Assembly (NCBI GenBank): GCA_963754485.1
Contig: CAVWFY010000013.1
Span: 162,183 to 226,182, forward strand
DNA from: an uncultured Chloroflexia bacterium
GTDB lineage: Bacteria > Chloroflexota > Limnocylindria > Limnocylindrales > CSP1-4
DNA length: 64,000 bases
Direction: 5' to 3'
This document shows, in pieces, positions 35,995 to 49,030 of the stretch (positions within the stretch are counted from its first letter, which is position 1; each line of letters opens with the position of its first letter). The notes below the pieces were generated by a model, which worked only from the letters and a program-made list of their open reading frames with translations, was not told the origin of the DNA and searched no databases. Both the position numbers and the translations under genes were made by a program.

Positions 35995-37587
35995 TCAGGC
36001 GGCGACCTCCGGCTCGGGCTGGAAGACCTCACGCTTGCGCTGGAAGAACTCCGGCGCCTTCACTCTCCAGATCACGAGCAGGATGACGCCCAGGATCCCG
36101 AGCATGATCGAGAGCGCCAGCGGGACGCCCAGGCCGAACAGGCTGGCGCAGGTGGTCACATCCTCGGGATCGGTGCACGTGTAGGAGCTCAGCGGGCTCA
36201 TGAGATCGACGACCGACTGCCAGAACGCCCAGGTCAGGATCACCGCGCCGACCAGGGGCAGAAGCCCCATCCCGACGAAGTCCTTGACGCTGCGGAACAG
36301 GACCTTCCGGTAGTAGATCACCGAGGCGTAGCCGGTGATGCCGTAGTAGAACGCGATCATCAGGCCCAGCGCGGTGAGCGCGTCCCAGTAGACGTTCTCC
36401 GAGATGAGCTTGAGCCCGATGTACCAGAGGACGGCCAGGACGCCCGTCCAGATCGTGGCATTCGCAGGCGTCAGGTAGCGCGGGTGGATCTGGGCCCAGT
36501 ACTTCGGGGCCGCACCCTTTGCTCCCATGGACAGGGCAGTGCGCGCGCACGGCAGGATCGTCGTCTGCGTGGACGCCGCGGCGGACGTCAGGACGGCGAT
36601 GATCAGCAGGACGTTGAGCGGCTCGCCCAGGATCTCGGCGCCCAGGCTCGCTAGGATGTCGCTCTCGCCCTGCTCGGCCAGGTACTCGGCCCCGTGGATC
36701 GCCTGCGCCGCGATCGTCACGAGGAGGTAGGTCCCCACGAGGATGAGCACGGAGTAGATGGTCGCCCGGCCCGGCTGCTCGGTGGGGTTGCCGCTCTCCT
36801 CGTTCACCGAGGCGGTGGTGTCCCAGCCCCAGTAGATGAACAGGGTGACGAGCAAGGCGGCGGCGAAGGCGCTGCTGTCCCAGCCACCGTCCTCGCCCAC
36901 GATCGAGAGGGGGTTGAGCCACTCGAGCGTCGGCATCACCGACCCCTCCAGGCCGCCGAAGACCTTGACCAGCGCGACGACCGCAAAGATGCCGAGCGTG
37001 GTCAGCTCGATCGTGAGCAGTACTGCCTGCGATCGTGCCGACAGCTCGATGCCGCGCCAGCAGATCCATGTCATCGCGGCGACGAACAGGACGCCGAGAC
37101 CGACGACCCCGAGGTCAAACGTGACCTCGCCCACCTGGATGGGGATCACCGGGTTCTCGAAGACGTCGATCCCGAACAGGCTGAACGTGTATTGCGCCGC
37201 CACCTCGGCGAGGCTGGCGATGACGATGACCTGGGCGACGATCATCACCCAGCCGGTGAACCAGCCCAGGTGTGGGCCGACGGCAGTGGTGACCCAGGTG
37301 AAGCTGGTACCGCAGTCCGGGTCGGCCCGGTTCATGTAGTAGTAGGCCATCGCGATGCAGAACATCGGGATGAACGCCACCCACATGATCGATGGCGCCG
37401 CGAGCCCGACGGCGGCCGCCACGAGACCCAGCGAGACCGCCAGGCTGTAGGCCGGCGCCGTGGACGCGACGCCGATGACCACGTTCTCGGCCATCCCCAG
37501 GGCACCGGTCTTGAGGCCCTTGCTGCCCGGGGATCCCTCGCCGGTCAGCTCCTCGGACACTCCCGGGGCGGATACCACGCTCGCCAT
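35995..37587 (-). CDS. APC-superfamily amino acid/polyamine permease
   Basis: 12-13 TM pattern. GVASTAPAYSL, FTWVTTAVGP and WGWDTTASVNEES motifs. GAGGAGGG RBS. Confidence 0.85.
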   Translation of the reverse strand: MASVVSAPGVSEELTGEGSPGSKGLKTGALGMAENVVIGVASTAPAYSLAVSLGLVAAAVGLAAPSIMWVAFIPMFCIAMAYYYMNRADPDCGTSFTWVTTAVGPHLGWFTGWVMIVAQVIVIASLAEVAAQYTFSLFGIDVFENPVIPIQVGEVTFDLGVVGLGVLFVAAMTWICWRGIELSARSQAVLLTIELTTLGIFAVVALVKVFGGLEGSVMPTLEWLNPLSIVGEDGGWDSSAFAAALLVTLFIYWGWDTTASVNEESGNPTEQPGRATIYSVLILVGTYLLVTIAAQAIHGAEYLAEQGESDILASLGAEILGEPLNVLLIIAVLTSAAASTQTTILPCARTALSMGAKGAAPKYWAQIHPRYLTPANATIWTGVLAVLWYIGLKLISENVYWDALTALGLMIAFYYGITGYASVIYYRKVLFRSVKDFVGMGLLPLVGAVILTWAFWQSVVDLMSPLSSYTCTDPEDVTTCASLFGLGVPLALSIMLGILGVILLVIWRVKAPEFFQRKREVFQPEPEVAA

Positions 37588-37607
37588 CCCTCACCCTCCT
37601 CACCCAG

Positions 37608-37639
37608 AGTCGAACCTGCGGAGCAAGTCGAACCTGCGG
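37608..37639. repeat. Duplicated 14-mer agtcgaacctgcgg (18-bp period) in the APC permease leader
   Basis: Direct reading. Confidence 0.7.
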
Positions 37640-37714
37640 GCGATCGGAACACCTTGCACGGGTTGAACGCAAGGGCCGGTGGGCATGGGCCATGTTCCGT
37701 CGCGGCATATGCAA

Positions 37715-37743
37715 CGGCCGCCGGGCACATTGGCCGGCGGCCG
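37715..37743 (-). terminator. GC hairpin CGGCCGCCGG-N9-CCGGCGGCCG downstream of the CAP-domain gene
   Basis: Perfect 10-bp stem, 47 nt after stop 37790 on the - strand. The T tail is weak (TTGCAT). Confidence 0.35.
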
Positions 37744-37789
37744 CTGGTCGCGCGAAGGGGGCGGCGGCGCTACGGCCGGTGGAGCGACC

Positions 37790-38384
37790 CTAGGGCCGGT
37801 AGAAGTCGGTCACGAGGCGGGTGTGGCCGTTCGCCTTCCACACGCCGATCCCGACGTAGGTGAACCGGGCGTTCTTGATGTTCTTCCAGTGGCCGCCGTT
37901 GGCCGCCTTCTCCGCCTGGAAGGCGTGGTGGCTGGCCAGCACGGACTTGTAGGCGCTCGCCAGGTCCCAGCAGCCGATGTTCTCGCCCCACGAGGTTCCC
38001 CGGTAGCCCGCGTTGCGCAGGCGCGCGCTGGGATCGCCGTGGCGGCAGGCACCGGCGATTGCGATCTTCTTGGCCCACGAACGTGCGACCGTCGACAGGC
38101 CCGCAGTGCGCTTGAGGGGCGCGACGTAGCTGGAGTAGCGTGCCGCTGCCATACCCCTTGCAGCTGCCGTCCTCGAGCACCCAGCCGCCGGTTCGCGTGC
38201 AGTTGAGGAGGCCTAGGTAGTAGGTCTCGACGGCATACCACGGGGGTGTGGCGGCGGAGACACCGGGAGGGGCGGCGGCAGATGCGCCGAATGCGAACAG
38301 GGAGGAGAACAGGCTCGTGGCGAGCACGAGGGAGAGCCGTGAGTTGAGAGACGCCCGCTGGGCGCCGGGGCGGAGCAATCGCAA
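37790..38384 (-). pseudogene. Secreted CAP/SCP/PR-1-like domain protein, one frame shift near 38150
   Basis: TTG 38384 after GAGGA. Signal LSLVLATSLFSSLFAFGASA. C-terminal frame: WAKKIAIAGACRHGD..GENIGCW..HWKNI..YVGIGV. Confidence 0.55.
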
Positions 38385-38543
38385 GGCCGGGTCCTCACTA
38401 CCTGACGAGACCGGAACAACCGGCCTCGACGAACGGACAACGCCCTGACCGCCTGGGACGACGCGGCCACGAGCAAATGGGTTGGCCCCAAGGCTACCCA
38501 ACACGAGTGAATCCTGCCCTCCCCCGGATGGCACAGATGGACG

Positions 38544-38623
38544 CCCACAGGTGGACCCCACAGGTGGACCGGGAGGCAGGGGCAGCGGGAGAGGGCCCGG
38601 GGACTGGGGCCCGGGGACTGGGG
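38544..38623. repeat. Two perfect tandem duplications (cccacaggtggac x2; cccggggactgggg x2) abutting element E2
   Basis: Direct reading: 38544-38569 and 38596-38623. Confidence 0.8.
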
Positions 38624-38625
38624 CC

Positions 38626-38838
38626 GCCGCATTTCACTCAGAGTGAACAGCCCGGGCCAGACCGGAGTCCGATGCGGCGGGACTCGCCGCCGAGACCACG
38701 GTCCGGAGCATGGATGGAGGCGTTGCCAGCGGTTTCCCTGCCGTCCGTCGCCTTCGATAGCGACTTCCTGTCTTGGCCCGTGTCCGGACCCTCGCGGAAC
38801 GGGCCGAGACGCCCCTCCTTGTTCACTCGGAGTGAACT
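38626..38838. repeat. 213-bp paired-palindrome element, copy E2 (TTCACTCaGAGTGAA ... 189 bp ... TTCACTCgGAGTGAA), right palindrome 53 nt upstream of metH ATG
   Basis: Palindromes at 38633-38647 and 38822-38836. The centre-to-centre distance is 189 bp, exactly as in E1. Confidence 0.75.
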
Positions 38839-38889
38839 CCGGCGGGGCACGGGGCCGGTCGGGCCGCCTCGGGTACAGTCGGCCGCACC

Positions 38890-42635
<3,746 letters not shown>

Positions 42636-42648
42636 GGCGGGATCGGGG

Positions 42649-42689
42649 TCCCCCACCTGCGTGACTCCGATCCCCCACCTGCGTGACTC
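42649..42689. repeat. Tandem duplication tcccccacctgcgtgactc x2 (22-bp period) immediately after metH
   Basis: Direct reading. The second copy forms an imperfect hairpin with the following ggtgggagtcgccaggggg. Confidence 0.75.
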
Positions 42690-43064
42690 TGGTGGGAGTC
42701 GCCAGGGGGTCCTGACACGCTCTGGAGTCGAACCCCGCATCGCGCCGCAGAGGTGACCCCAGATTCCGGACGAATCGCGGCCCAGGTCAGGGGCCCGATT
42801 CCCCATTTGACTCCGGGGCGAGTCGGGAGTCGCGAGGACTCCGGGCAGGCCGCAGGCGGTCAGCGCCCCCGACCCCGGGTCGTGTCCCGGGCCATTCACC
42901 AGCGAATGGGATCCCGGGCCCCGCAGCGTGACTCGCGCAGGGAAACCCGAACTTGGCAGCCTGAGCCCCTCGTGCGGGGGCCGGATCCCATGCAGGGGTG
43001 AATGGGCGGCCAGCCGGTCCAGCAAGGAACCGGATTCGGTGGGGAGGCGTATCCTCCGGAACCG

Positions 43065-43862
43065 ATGGCTGCGTTCCACCTTCCCCATCGCCCCGTCCGC
43101 CTCGTGGCCGCGCTCGCGCTGGCGCTGGTCCTGCTGCCCGTGCCCGGCGCGCTCGCGCTCGAACCTGGCACCGGGCACCCACCTGACGCCTCGGGCAATC
43201 TGCCCGCAGCCGCTAAGCCGTTCCGCCTCAACCTGGCCAGGCGCTCGGACTACGTGTCCCAGGCGAATTTCGTCCAGTGCGTGGGGGCGAGCGTCCAGAT
43301 GATGCTCAACATCATCGAGCCCGGTGCGGATCGAACCCGTCGCACGCAGCGCGAGCTCCAGCAGCTTGCCCGCACCTGGAGCGGTCCGCGGCCCGACGGG
43401 CGCGAGCGCGAAGGGGCCGGTGTCTCCGGCTGGGCCGCCGCGCTGACGATCAACCGGGCGGGCCCGTACCGGGTGGTGGGAGCGGACACCCTGGACGAGG
43501 CGATGCGCGTCGCCGCGACCGCGATCCGCGAGTACCGGAAGCCGGTGGGCCTGCTCGTGTGGCAGGGCCGCCATGCGTGGGTCATGAGCGGGTTCGAGGC
43601 GACAGGCGATCCCATCGACGGCAGCTTCCGTGTCACCAGGGCGTACATCATGGATCCGCTCTACCCACGCGGCTCGGACACGTGGGGGGCGAGTCCGAAG
43701 CCCGGGAAGGCGATCCCCGTCTCGCAGGTGGGCGAGCAGTTCGTCCGGCGCCGAAGCCTCGTCAGCGGCAGCCCGTGGAACCGCCTCCCCGGCATGGGCC
43801 GCCTCGCCGGCAAGTACGTGCTCGTGGTGCCCTCGGGCCCGGTGCGCCCCGGCCTCGACTGA
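43065..43862 (+). CDS. Secreted hypothetical protein, possible papain-fold (C39-like) peptidase domain
   Basis: Signal peptide VRLVAALALALVLLPVPGALA. QCVGASVQMML (candidate Cys) and GRHAWVMSGF (candidate His). The family call is tentative. Confidence 0.35.
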   Translation: MAAFHLPHRPVRLVAALALALVLLPVPGALALEPGTGHPPDASGNLPAAAKPFRLNLARRSDYVSQANFVQCVGASVQMMLNIIEPGADRTRRTQRELQQLARTWSGPRPDGREREGAGVSGWAAALTINRAGPYRVVGADTLDEAMRVAATAIREYRKPVGLLVWQGRHAWVMSGFEATGDPIDGSFRVTRAYIMDPLYPRGSDTWGASPKPGKAIPVSQVGEQFVRRRSLVSGSPWNRLPGMGRLAGKYVLVVPSGPVRPGLD

Positions 43863-43980
43863 GGGCCTGTCGCGCGGAAGGGCACGGCCGCGCCGGGTGG
43901 CAGCGCCGCGCTGCGGTACAGTGGCGGCGGGTCCGCCGCCTCCTCCGGAACCCGGGCGCGACCCTCGATCGGAGCCCTCC

Positions 43981-45048
43981 ATGAAGACGACCCGCGCGCT
44001 CGCCGAGCTCGGCCAGAGCCTCTGGCTGGACAACATCACCCGCCCCCTGCTCGACAGCGGCACGCTCGGTCGCTACATCGACGAGCTGGACGTGACCGGG
44101 CTGACCTCCAACCCGACGATCTACGACCGCGCCATCGGCGGCACCGACGCCTACGACGCCGAGATCGCCGAGGCGGCGCGGGCCGGCAGGACGGGCGAGG
44201 ACACGTTCTTCGAGGTGGCGCTCTCCGACCTCCGGCGCGCCGCAGACCTGTTCCGCCCCGTCCACGACCGCACGGGCGGCGTCGATGGCTTCGTGTCGCT
44301 CGAGGTCTCCCCGCTCCTCGCGTACGACGCCGAGGCCACCGTCGCCCAGGCGAAGCGTCTCCACGCGCAGGGCGACCGGCCGAACCTGTTCATCAAGATC
44401 CCGGGCACGCCCGAGGGTCTGCCGGCCGTCGAGGAGGCGATCGCTGCCGGGGTGCCGGTCAACGTCACCCTGCTGTTCAGCCCGGCCCAGTACCTCGCCT
44501 GCGCCGAGGCCTACACCCGGGGCATCGAGCGCCGCGTCGAGGCCGGCCTGCCCGCGTACGTGGCATCGGTCGCGTCGCTGTTCATCAGCCGCTGGGACCC
44601 GGCGACCGCGAAGCAGCTCCCGGACGATATGCAGAACCAGGTGGGCCTCGCCATCGGGCGCAAGTCGTACACCGAGTACGTCGCCTTCTTCGCCTCCGCA
44701 CGCTGGCAGCGGCTCGTGGCCGCGGGGGCCCGCCCGCAGCGCCTGCTGTTCGCCAGCACCGGGACGAAGGACCCGTCGCTGCCGCCCACGCTGTACATCA
44801 CCGGTCTGGCGGCCCCGGGCACCGTCAACACGATGCCCGAGGAGACGCTCCTGGCCACCGGCGCGTCCAACGAGGCCATCACGGGTCTCGACGCGGAGGC
44901 GCCGGACCAGCTGGCACGCTTCACCGCCGCCGGCCTGGACATCGACGCCATCGCGGAGCAGCTCCAGCGCAAGGGCGCCGAGTCCTTCGTGGGCTCCTGG
45001 ACCTCGCTGCTGGACCGGATCGCCGCCAAGGTCGCAACGGTCGCATAG
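43981..45048 (+). CDS. tal: Transaldolase
   Basis: LGQSLWLDNITR..GLTSNPTIY..FVSLEVSP..LFIKIPGT..NVTLLFS (Schiff-base Lys context). Confidence 0.9.
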   Translation: MKTTRALAELGQSLWLDNITRPLLDSGTLGRYIDELDVTGLTSNPTIYDRAIGGTDAYDAEIAEAARAGRTGEDTFFEVALSDLRRAADLFRPVHDRTGGVDGFVSLEVSPLLAYDAEATVAQAKRLHAQGDRPNLFIKIPGTPEGLPAVEEAIAAGVPVNVTLLFSPAQYLACAEAYTRGIERRVEAGLPAYVASVASLFISRWDPATAKQLPDDMQNQVGLAIGRKSYTEYVAFFASARWQRLVAAGARPQRLLFASTGTKDPSLPPTLYITGLAAPGTVNTMPEETLLATGASNEAITGLDAEAPDQLARFTAAGLDIDAIAEQLQRKGAESFVGSWTSLLDRIAAKVATVA

Positions 45049-45100
45049 GGCGGTCGATGCGCTCGGAGAGCTTCCGGCGACACTCCTGCTGAGCACGGAG

Positions 45101-45128
45101 TTGCGTTCCTGCTGGAATGGCGTATAGT
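45101..45128 (+). promoter_or_regulatory. Sigma-70-like promoter candidate TTGCGT-N16-TATAGT
   Basis: Hexamers read directly. It lies about 120 nt upstream of ATG 45249. Confidence 0.4.
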
Positions 45129-45248
45129 CCCGCGACGCCCCATCGCAGGGCGCATCAGCCCAGCGCGGCCGACTCGATCCACCACCTCCCGGTTTCCGCA
45201 GAGGCCCGATCGCGGACACCGTCGCCACTACAGGAGTGGATCGCATCC

Positions 45249-45596
45249 ATGAACGTCGACAAGACGCTGACCTGCAGCGACTGCAACCAGTCGTTCTCGT
45301 TCACTGCCAGCGAGCAGGATTTCTACACCGAGCGCGGCTTCACGGAGCCCCGCCGCTGCCCCAGCTGCCGCGCCGCCCGCAAGGCGCAGCGTGGTGATTC
45401 CGGCGGCGGCGGCAGCTACAGCAGCGGCGGGGGCTACGGCTCCGGCGGCGGTGGTGGCTACGGCGCCCCTCGCGGCCCGCGCGAGATGTTCACCGCCACC
45501 TGCTCGGCGTGCGGCCAGGAGACCGAGGTCCCCTTCCGCCCCACGTCCGGCAAGCCGGTCTACTGCAGCGCCTGCTTCGCCCAGCGCCGCGCCTAG
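45249..45596 (+). CDS. Zinc-ribbon protein with two CxxC..CxxC modules and a Gly/Ser/Tyr-rich linker
   Basis: CSDC..CPSC then CSAC..CSAC. AGGAG RBS. Confidence 0.7.
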   Translation: MNVDKTLTCSDCNQSFSFTASEQDFYTERGFTEPRRCPSCRAARKAQRGDSGGGGSYSSGGGYGSGGGGGYGAPRGPREMFTATCSACGQETEVPFRPTSGKPVYCSACFAQRRA

Positions 45597-45599
45597 CCA

Positions 45600-45809
45600 A
45601 TGACCGATCTCCGACGTCCCGGCAACGGGCTCCCCTCGCGGCGCCCGTCACCTGAGCCCGATCCCCGCAAGCACGTGATCGCCGAGTACCGGCATTCTGT
45701 ACAGCAGGTCACGTGCGTCTGCGGTTGGGTAGGCAGCTCGGAGTCGCCGGACGGACGGACATCGGACTGGAGCCGCCACGTGACGGCGGGGCGCAACGGC
45801 CAGGGCTGA
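45600..45809 (+). CDS. Small hypothetical protein
   Basis: The ATG is 4 nt after the previous stop, and a strong hairpin follows. I recognise no family. Confidence 0.35.
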   Translation: MTDLRRPGNGLPSRRPSPEPDPRKHVIAEYRHSVQQVTCVCGWVGSSESPDGRTSDWSRHVTAGRNGQG

Positions 45810-45847
45810 TCGCCCGGGCAGGCCGCCCTCTCACCACCCAGCGGCAT

Positions 45848-45880
45848 GCGGCCGCCGGCAACGCCGGCGGCCGTTTCAAT
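45848..45880 (+). terminator. Rho-independent-type terminator hairpin (GCGGCCGCCGGC-aac-GCCGGCGGCCG + TTT)
   Basis: Perfect 11-12 bp GC stem with a 3-nt loop, followed by tttcaatt. Confidence 0.45.
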
Positions 45881-46008
45881 TCCCCACGATGTCCAGCTTC
45901 CGCCGCGCTGCCTCCACGCCGCCCTGAGCGACTCGCGCCGGAGTCCACGGGCGTCGATGACTCCCACAAGGAGTCGGGGCCCGGCGCGGATGTCTCCGGA
46001 CCGGGCGC

Positions 46009-47376
46009 TCAGCTGGCGCCGCTGAGCACCTCCACGGCGGCGCGAAACTGCGCGTCGGTCGAGGCCGCGAGCTCCGCGACGGTCATGTCGCGCAGGGTCT
46101 CGGGGAGGATCGGCTGGGCGTCCTCGGCGAGCTCCACCTTGACGTCAGGCTCCAGGCCCTCGCGCCAGATCTCGTGACCTCCGCGGGTCAGCCAGCGCTC
46201 GGTGCCGATCCGCATCGACGATCCGTCCGAGAGATCGAAACGGCCAAGCACGGTGCCAGTGCCGAACGTCTTCTCACCCACGATCTTGCCCCGGCCCGAG
46301 TCCTTGATGGCGCCCGAGACGATCTCGGCGGAGCTGGCCGTGTCGCCGTTGGCCAGCACCACGACCGGCAAGTCGGTCCAGAGCCCACCCTCCTGGACCT
46401 TGGCGTCCTTCTGCTTGCCGCTGCGGTCGAAGGCCTGGTACACGATGCCGTCGCCCACGAACTGGCTGGCGACGCCCACGGCCTCGTTGACGTAGCCGCC
46501 CGGGTTGGAGCGGAGGTCGAACACGATTCCCGTGGCGCCCTTCTCTTTCGCCTCGCCGATGGCCTTCTCGAGCGCGTCTGTGGCGCCAGTGGCGAACTGG
46601 TCGAGGCGGATCATCGCGAGGCTGGTGCCCGGCACCATCGCCCAGCTGACCAGCGGCAGGTCGAACTTGCGCCGGGCGATCGTGACGTCGAAGTCCGCCG
46701 TGCCCTCACGCCCGACGGTCAGGACCACCTGCTCGCCCTCGGGGCCGCGAACGCGCGAGACGGTCTCTTCGACGGTCTCGTCCTCGGTGCTCTTGCCGTT
46801 GACGGCCTTGATGTGGTCGCCGCGCTTGAGGCCCGCCTCGTCGGCCGGCGTCCCGGTGAACACGGTGCCGATGGTCATCCTGCTCGCGTCGTCCTCGCTG
46901 ACCTGGACCCCGATGCCCACGAAGGACCCGGACAGCGACTGGTCGGCCGCCTTCGCCTCCTCGGCGGTCATGAACGAGGTATGCCCCTCATCGCCCACGG
47001 CCTCCGTCAGGCCCCGGATGGCGCCGTACGAGAGGTCCTGGTCATCGAGCGACTTGGGATCGACGTAGTTGTCCTGGATCGTCCGCCATGCCTCGTCGAC
47101 GAGCTTCATGCCAGCCGCGGGGCTCGCGGCCGGACCGGCGCTCACGGCGGGCGTCGTTGGCGCGCCGAGGACCCCGGAGCGTTCGTAGACCACGCCACCC
47201 GCGAACATCACCACGGCGAGGACGGGGGCCAGCACCAGGACCAGGGCGCCCGGGACGCGACCTCCGCCGTAGCCGCCGGACGGCTTGGGGCGGACGGGCG
47301 CGGGCGGCGGGGCCACGGGCTGGGGGTCGACGGCCCAGGCGGCCGATGGATCGGGGTTCAGGTTGGGGTCGGTCAT
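46009..47376 (-). CDS. S41-family C-terminal processing peptidase with PDZ domain
   Basis: TM anchor. PDZ domain (GIGVQV..GTPADEAGLKRGDHI). DLRSNPGGY and SASSAEI/GEKTFGTGTV catalytic contexts. Confidence 0.85.
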   Translation of the reverse strand: MTDPNLNPDPSAAWAVDPQPVAPPPAPVRPKPSGGYGGGRVPGALVLVLAPVLAVVMFAGGVVYERSGVLGAPTTPAVSAGPAASPAAGMKLVDEAWRTIQDNYVDPKSLDDQDLSYGAIRGLTEAVGDEGHTSFMTAEEAKAADQSLSGSFVGIGVQVSEDDASRMTIGTVFTGTPADEAGLKRGDHIKAVNGKSTEDETVEETVSRVRGPEGEQVVLTVGREGTADFDVTIARRKFDLPLVSWAMVPGTSLAMIRLDQFATGATDALEKAIGEAKEKGATGIVFDLRSNPGGYVNEAVGVASQFVGDGIVYQAFDRSGKQKDAKVQEGGLWTDLPVVVLANGDTASSAEIVSGAIKDSGRGKIVGEKTFGTGTVLGRFDLSDGSSMRIGTERWLTRGGHEIWREGLEPDVKVELAEDAQPILPETLRDMTVAELAASTDAQFRAAVEVLSGAS

Positions 47377-47525
47377 TCGTCTCGTGGTCGTGGGGACATC
47401 TGCCGAGGCATGGTCGGCGGTAGCTAGTGTGACGGGTCCACCTTCAGAGCGGGTGGACGGCCGATGAAGTTGCCTTATGCATTGAAGGTTCGCAGGGGCG
47501 GCATCGGCGGATGCGGGGGCCCGGT

Positions 47526-48239
47526 CTACCGACCCTCGCGCATCAGCCGTCGGGCGGCACGGGTAGCCCGGACGAAGTGACGCAGGTGAGCCACGGGCTT
47601 CACGTGGCTTGGCTCGCCCGCGTAGATGGTGGAGATCGGCACCCAGGCCAGGGTCCAGCCACTGCGCAGGCAGACGGCGATCATCTCGACCTCGAACTCG
47701 AAGCCGGTCTCCGCACTGTCCAGGGTGGCCGCCATCAGGCGCCGGCCGAGGAGTCGATACCCGGACTGGTTGTCGGGCACGTGCTGGCCCACCGCCCACG
47801 AGAACGCCGCCGTGCCGACCGTGTTCGACAGGCGCCGGACCGGCGGCATCCGGGCGAAGTCGCGCCGGCCGATGATCAGCTCCGGCCGCGGCCCTGATGC
47901 CCCCGGCGACCCGAACGCCGCGACGAAGCGCGGGATCTCGTCGGGATCGTGCTGGCCGTCCGCGTCCAGGGTGAGTACGGCGTCCCAGCCCTCGTCGAGC
48001 GCGAGCCGGAACCCCGCCCGGAGCGCGGCGCCCTTGCCCTGGTTGGGGACCTGGCGGATCACCCGTGCCCCGGCAGCCTCGGCCACCGCCGCGGTGTCGT
48101 CGACCGAGCCGTCGTCGACGACGAGGACCGGCAGGTGGCGGCTGGCGGCCTCCACGACCCGCCCGATCCGCGGGCTCTCCTCGTAGCCCGGGACGAGCGC
48201 GAGGATGCGCGGCCCTGGCGAGCCCTCGCCGGTGGTCAC
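47526..48239 (-). CDS. Family 2 glycosyltransferase
   Basis: LVVDDGSVDDT..NQGKGAALRAG..LDADGQHDP. GTGA overlap with the upstream gene. Confidence 0.8.
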   Translation of the reverse strand: MTTGEGSPGPRILALVPGYEESPRIGRVVEAASRHLPVLVVDDGSVDDTAAVAEAAGARVIRQVPNQGKGAALRAGFRLALDEGWDAVLTLDADGQHDPDEIPRFVAAFGSPGASGPRPELIIGRRDFARMPPVRRLSNTVGTAAFSWAVGQHVPDNQSGYRLLGRRLMAATLDSAETGFEFEVEMIAVCLRSGWTLAWVPISTIYAGEPSHVKPVAHLRHFVRATRAARRLMREGR

Positions 48240-49030
48240 GGAACGGGCAGCGACGGGAGCGCCGAGGCAGGCGCGCCCGAGGTGTCGAACGAGAGGCTGC
48301 GCACGATGCCCGCCGACCGCGCGATGAGATCCTCGACCTGGTCGCCGTCGAACGCGTCGAGATCCACCACGACCGTGCCGCCGCCAGGAATGTCGAGCAG
48401 GAACATCCGGAGCCGCTCGTTGCCGACGACGACCCAGTGGTCGATGGCCGGACTGTTGAACAGGGGCACGGACGGGATGCCGTTGGCGAAGGGGCAGCTC
48501 TGCGTCCAGTCCGACTTGAGGCCGACGTCGAGCTGGATGCCGCTCAGGCCGCCGACCGTCGCCATCGTCGGGGCACTCACGACGAGGCCCGGCCGCTCCG
48601 CGATCCAGGCTGCAAGCTCGGCGGCGCTCCCGCCCACACCCGGCTCCGGCGCGGCCGGACACGAGGCGTCCTGCGATGCGGCCTTCGGGTCACGGAACAG
48701 GTGCACGCCGATGGCGTCGTTCTCGACCGGCTGGAGGTACGTGTAGAGCTCCGTGTCCGAGGGCTGCGCCCAGCCCTCCGGGACCGTGAAGGTCACGGGC
48801 GGCTGGAACGCGGACGAGGTGTACGTGCCGCCCGCCAGCGCCTGGAGCGGCGGCTGGGTGGCGGGCTGCGCCGGCTGGGCCGACTGGGCCGGCGGCACCG
48901 AGGCGCCACCGCAGGCGGCGACGACCAGGAGCAGGGCAAACGCGCTGAGGCCGCGGATCACGCTGGCAGACCTCCGGGGAATTGCGGGAACGATCGGGAG
49001 GGACGGGAACGGACGAGCGCCCATTGTCAC
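48236..49030 (-). CDS. Hypothetical lipoprotein
   Basis: Lipobox LLLVVAACGG. I recognise no family. The start is either GTG 49030 or ATG 49023. Confidence 0.55.
   Translation of the reverse strand: MTMGARPFPSLPIVPAIPRRSASVIRGLSAFALLLVVAACGGASVPPAQSAQPAQPATQPPLQALAGGTYTSSAFQPPVTFTVPEGWAQPSDTELYTYLQPVENDAIGVHLFRDPKAASQDASCPAAPEPGVGGSAAELAAWIAERPGLVVSAPTMATVGGLSGIQLDVGLKSDWTQSCPFANGIPSVPLFNSPAIDHWVVVGNERLRMFLLDIPGGGTVVVDLDAFDGDQVEDLIARSAGIVRSLSFDTSGAPASALPSLPVP

Noticed and set aside
37608-37639. tRNA T-arm-like ggttcgact repeats (minus strand) as a tRNA gene or att site
   Set aside because: The flanks give no complementary T-stem, acceptor stem or anticodon arm. The sequence is a simple duplicated 14-mer in the permease leader.
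38385-38625. ydaO/c-di-AMP riboswitch upstream of the CAP-domain or RlpA-like genes (gagtgaatcc and ggggccaaccca fragments)
   Set aside because: Only fragmentary resemblance, and the fragments lie on inconsistent strands. The RlpA-like gene has a leader under 100 nt. The evidence is insufficient without a covariance-model score.
38640-38889. Cobalamin, SAM or SAH riboswitch in the metH leader
   Set aside because: I could not find a B12 box (GCCACTG-like core) or the conserved SAM-I/SAM-IV/SAH cores by eye. The region is instead occupied by the paired-palindrome element. An Infernal/Rfam scan would be decisive.
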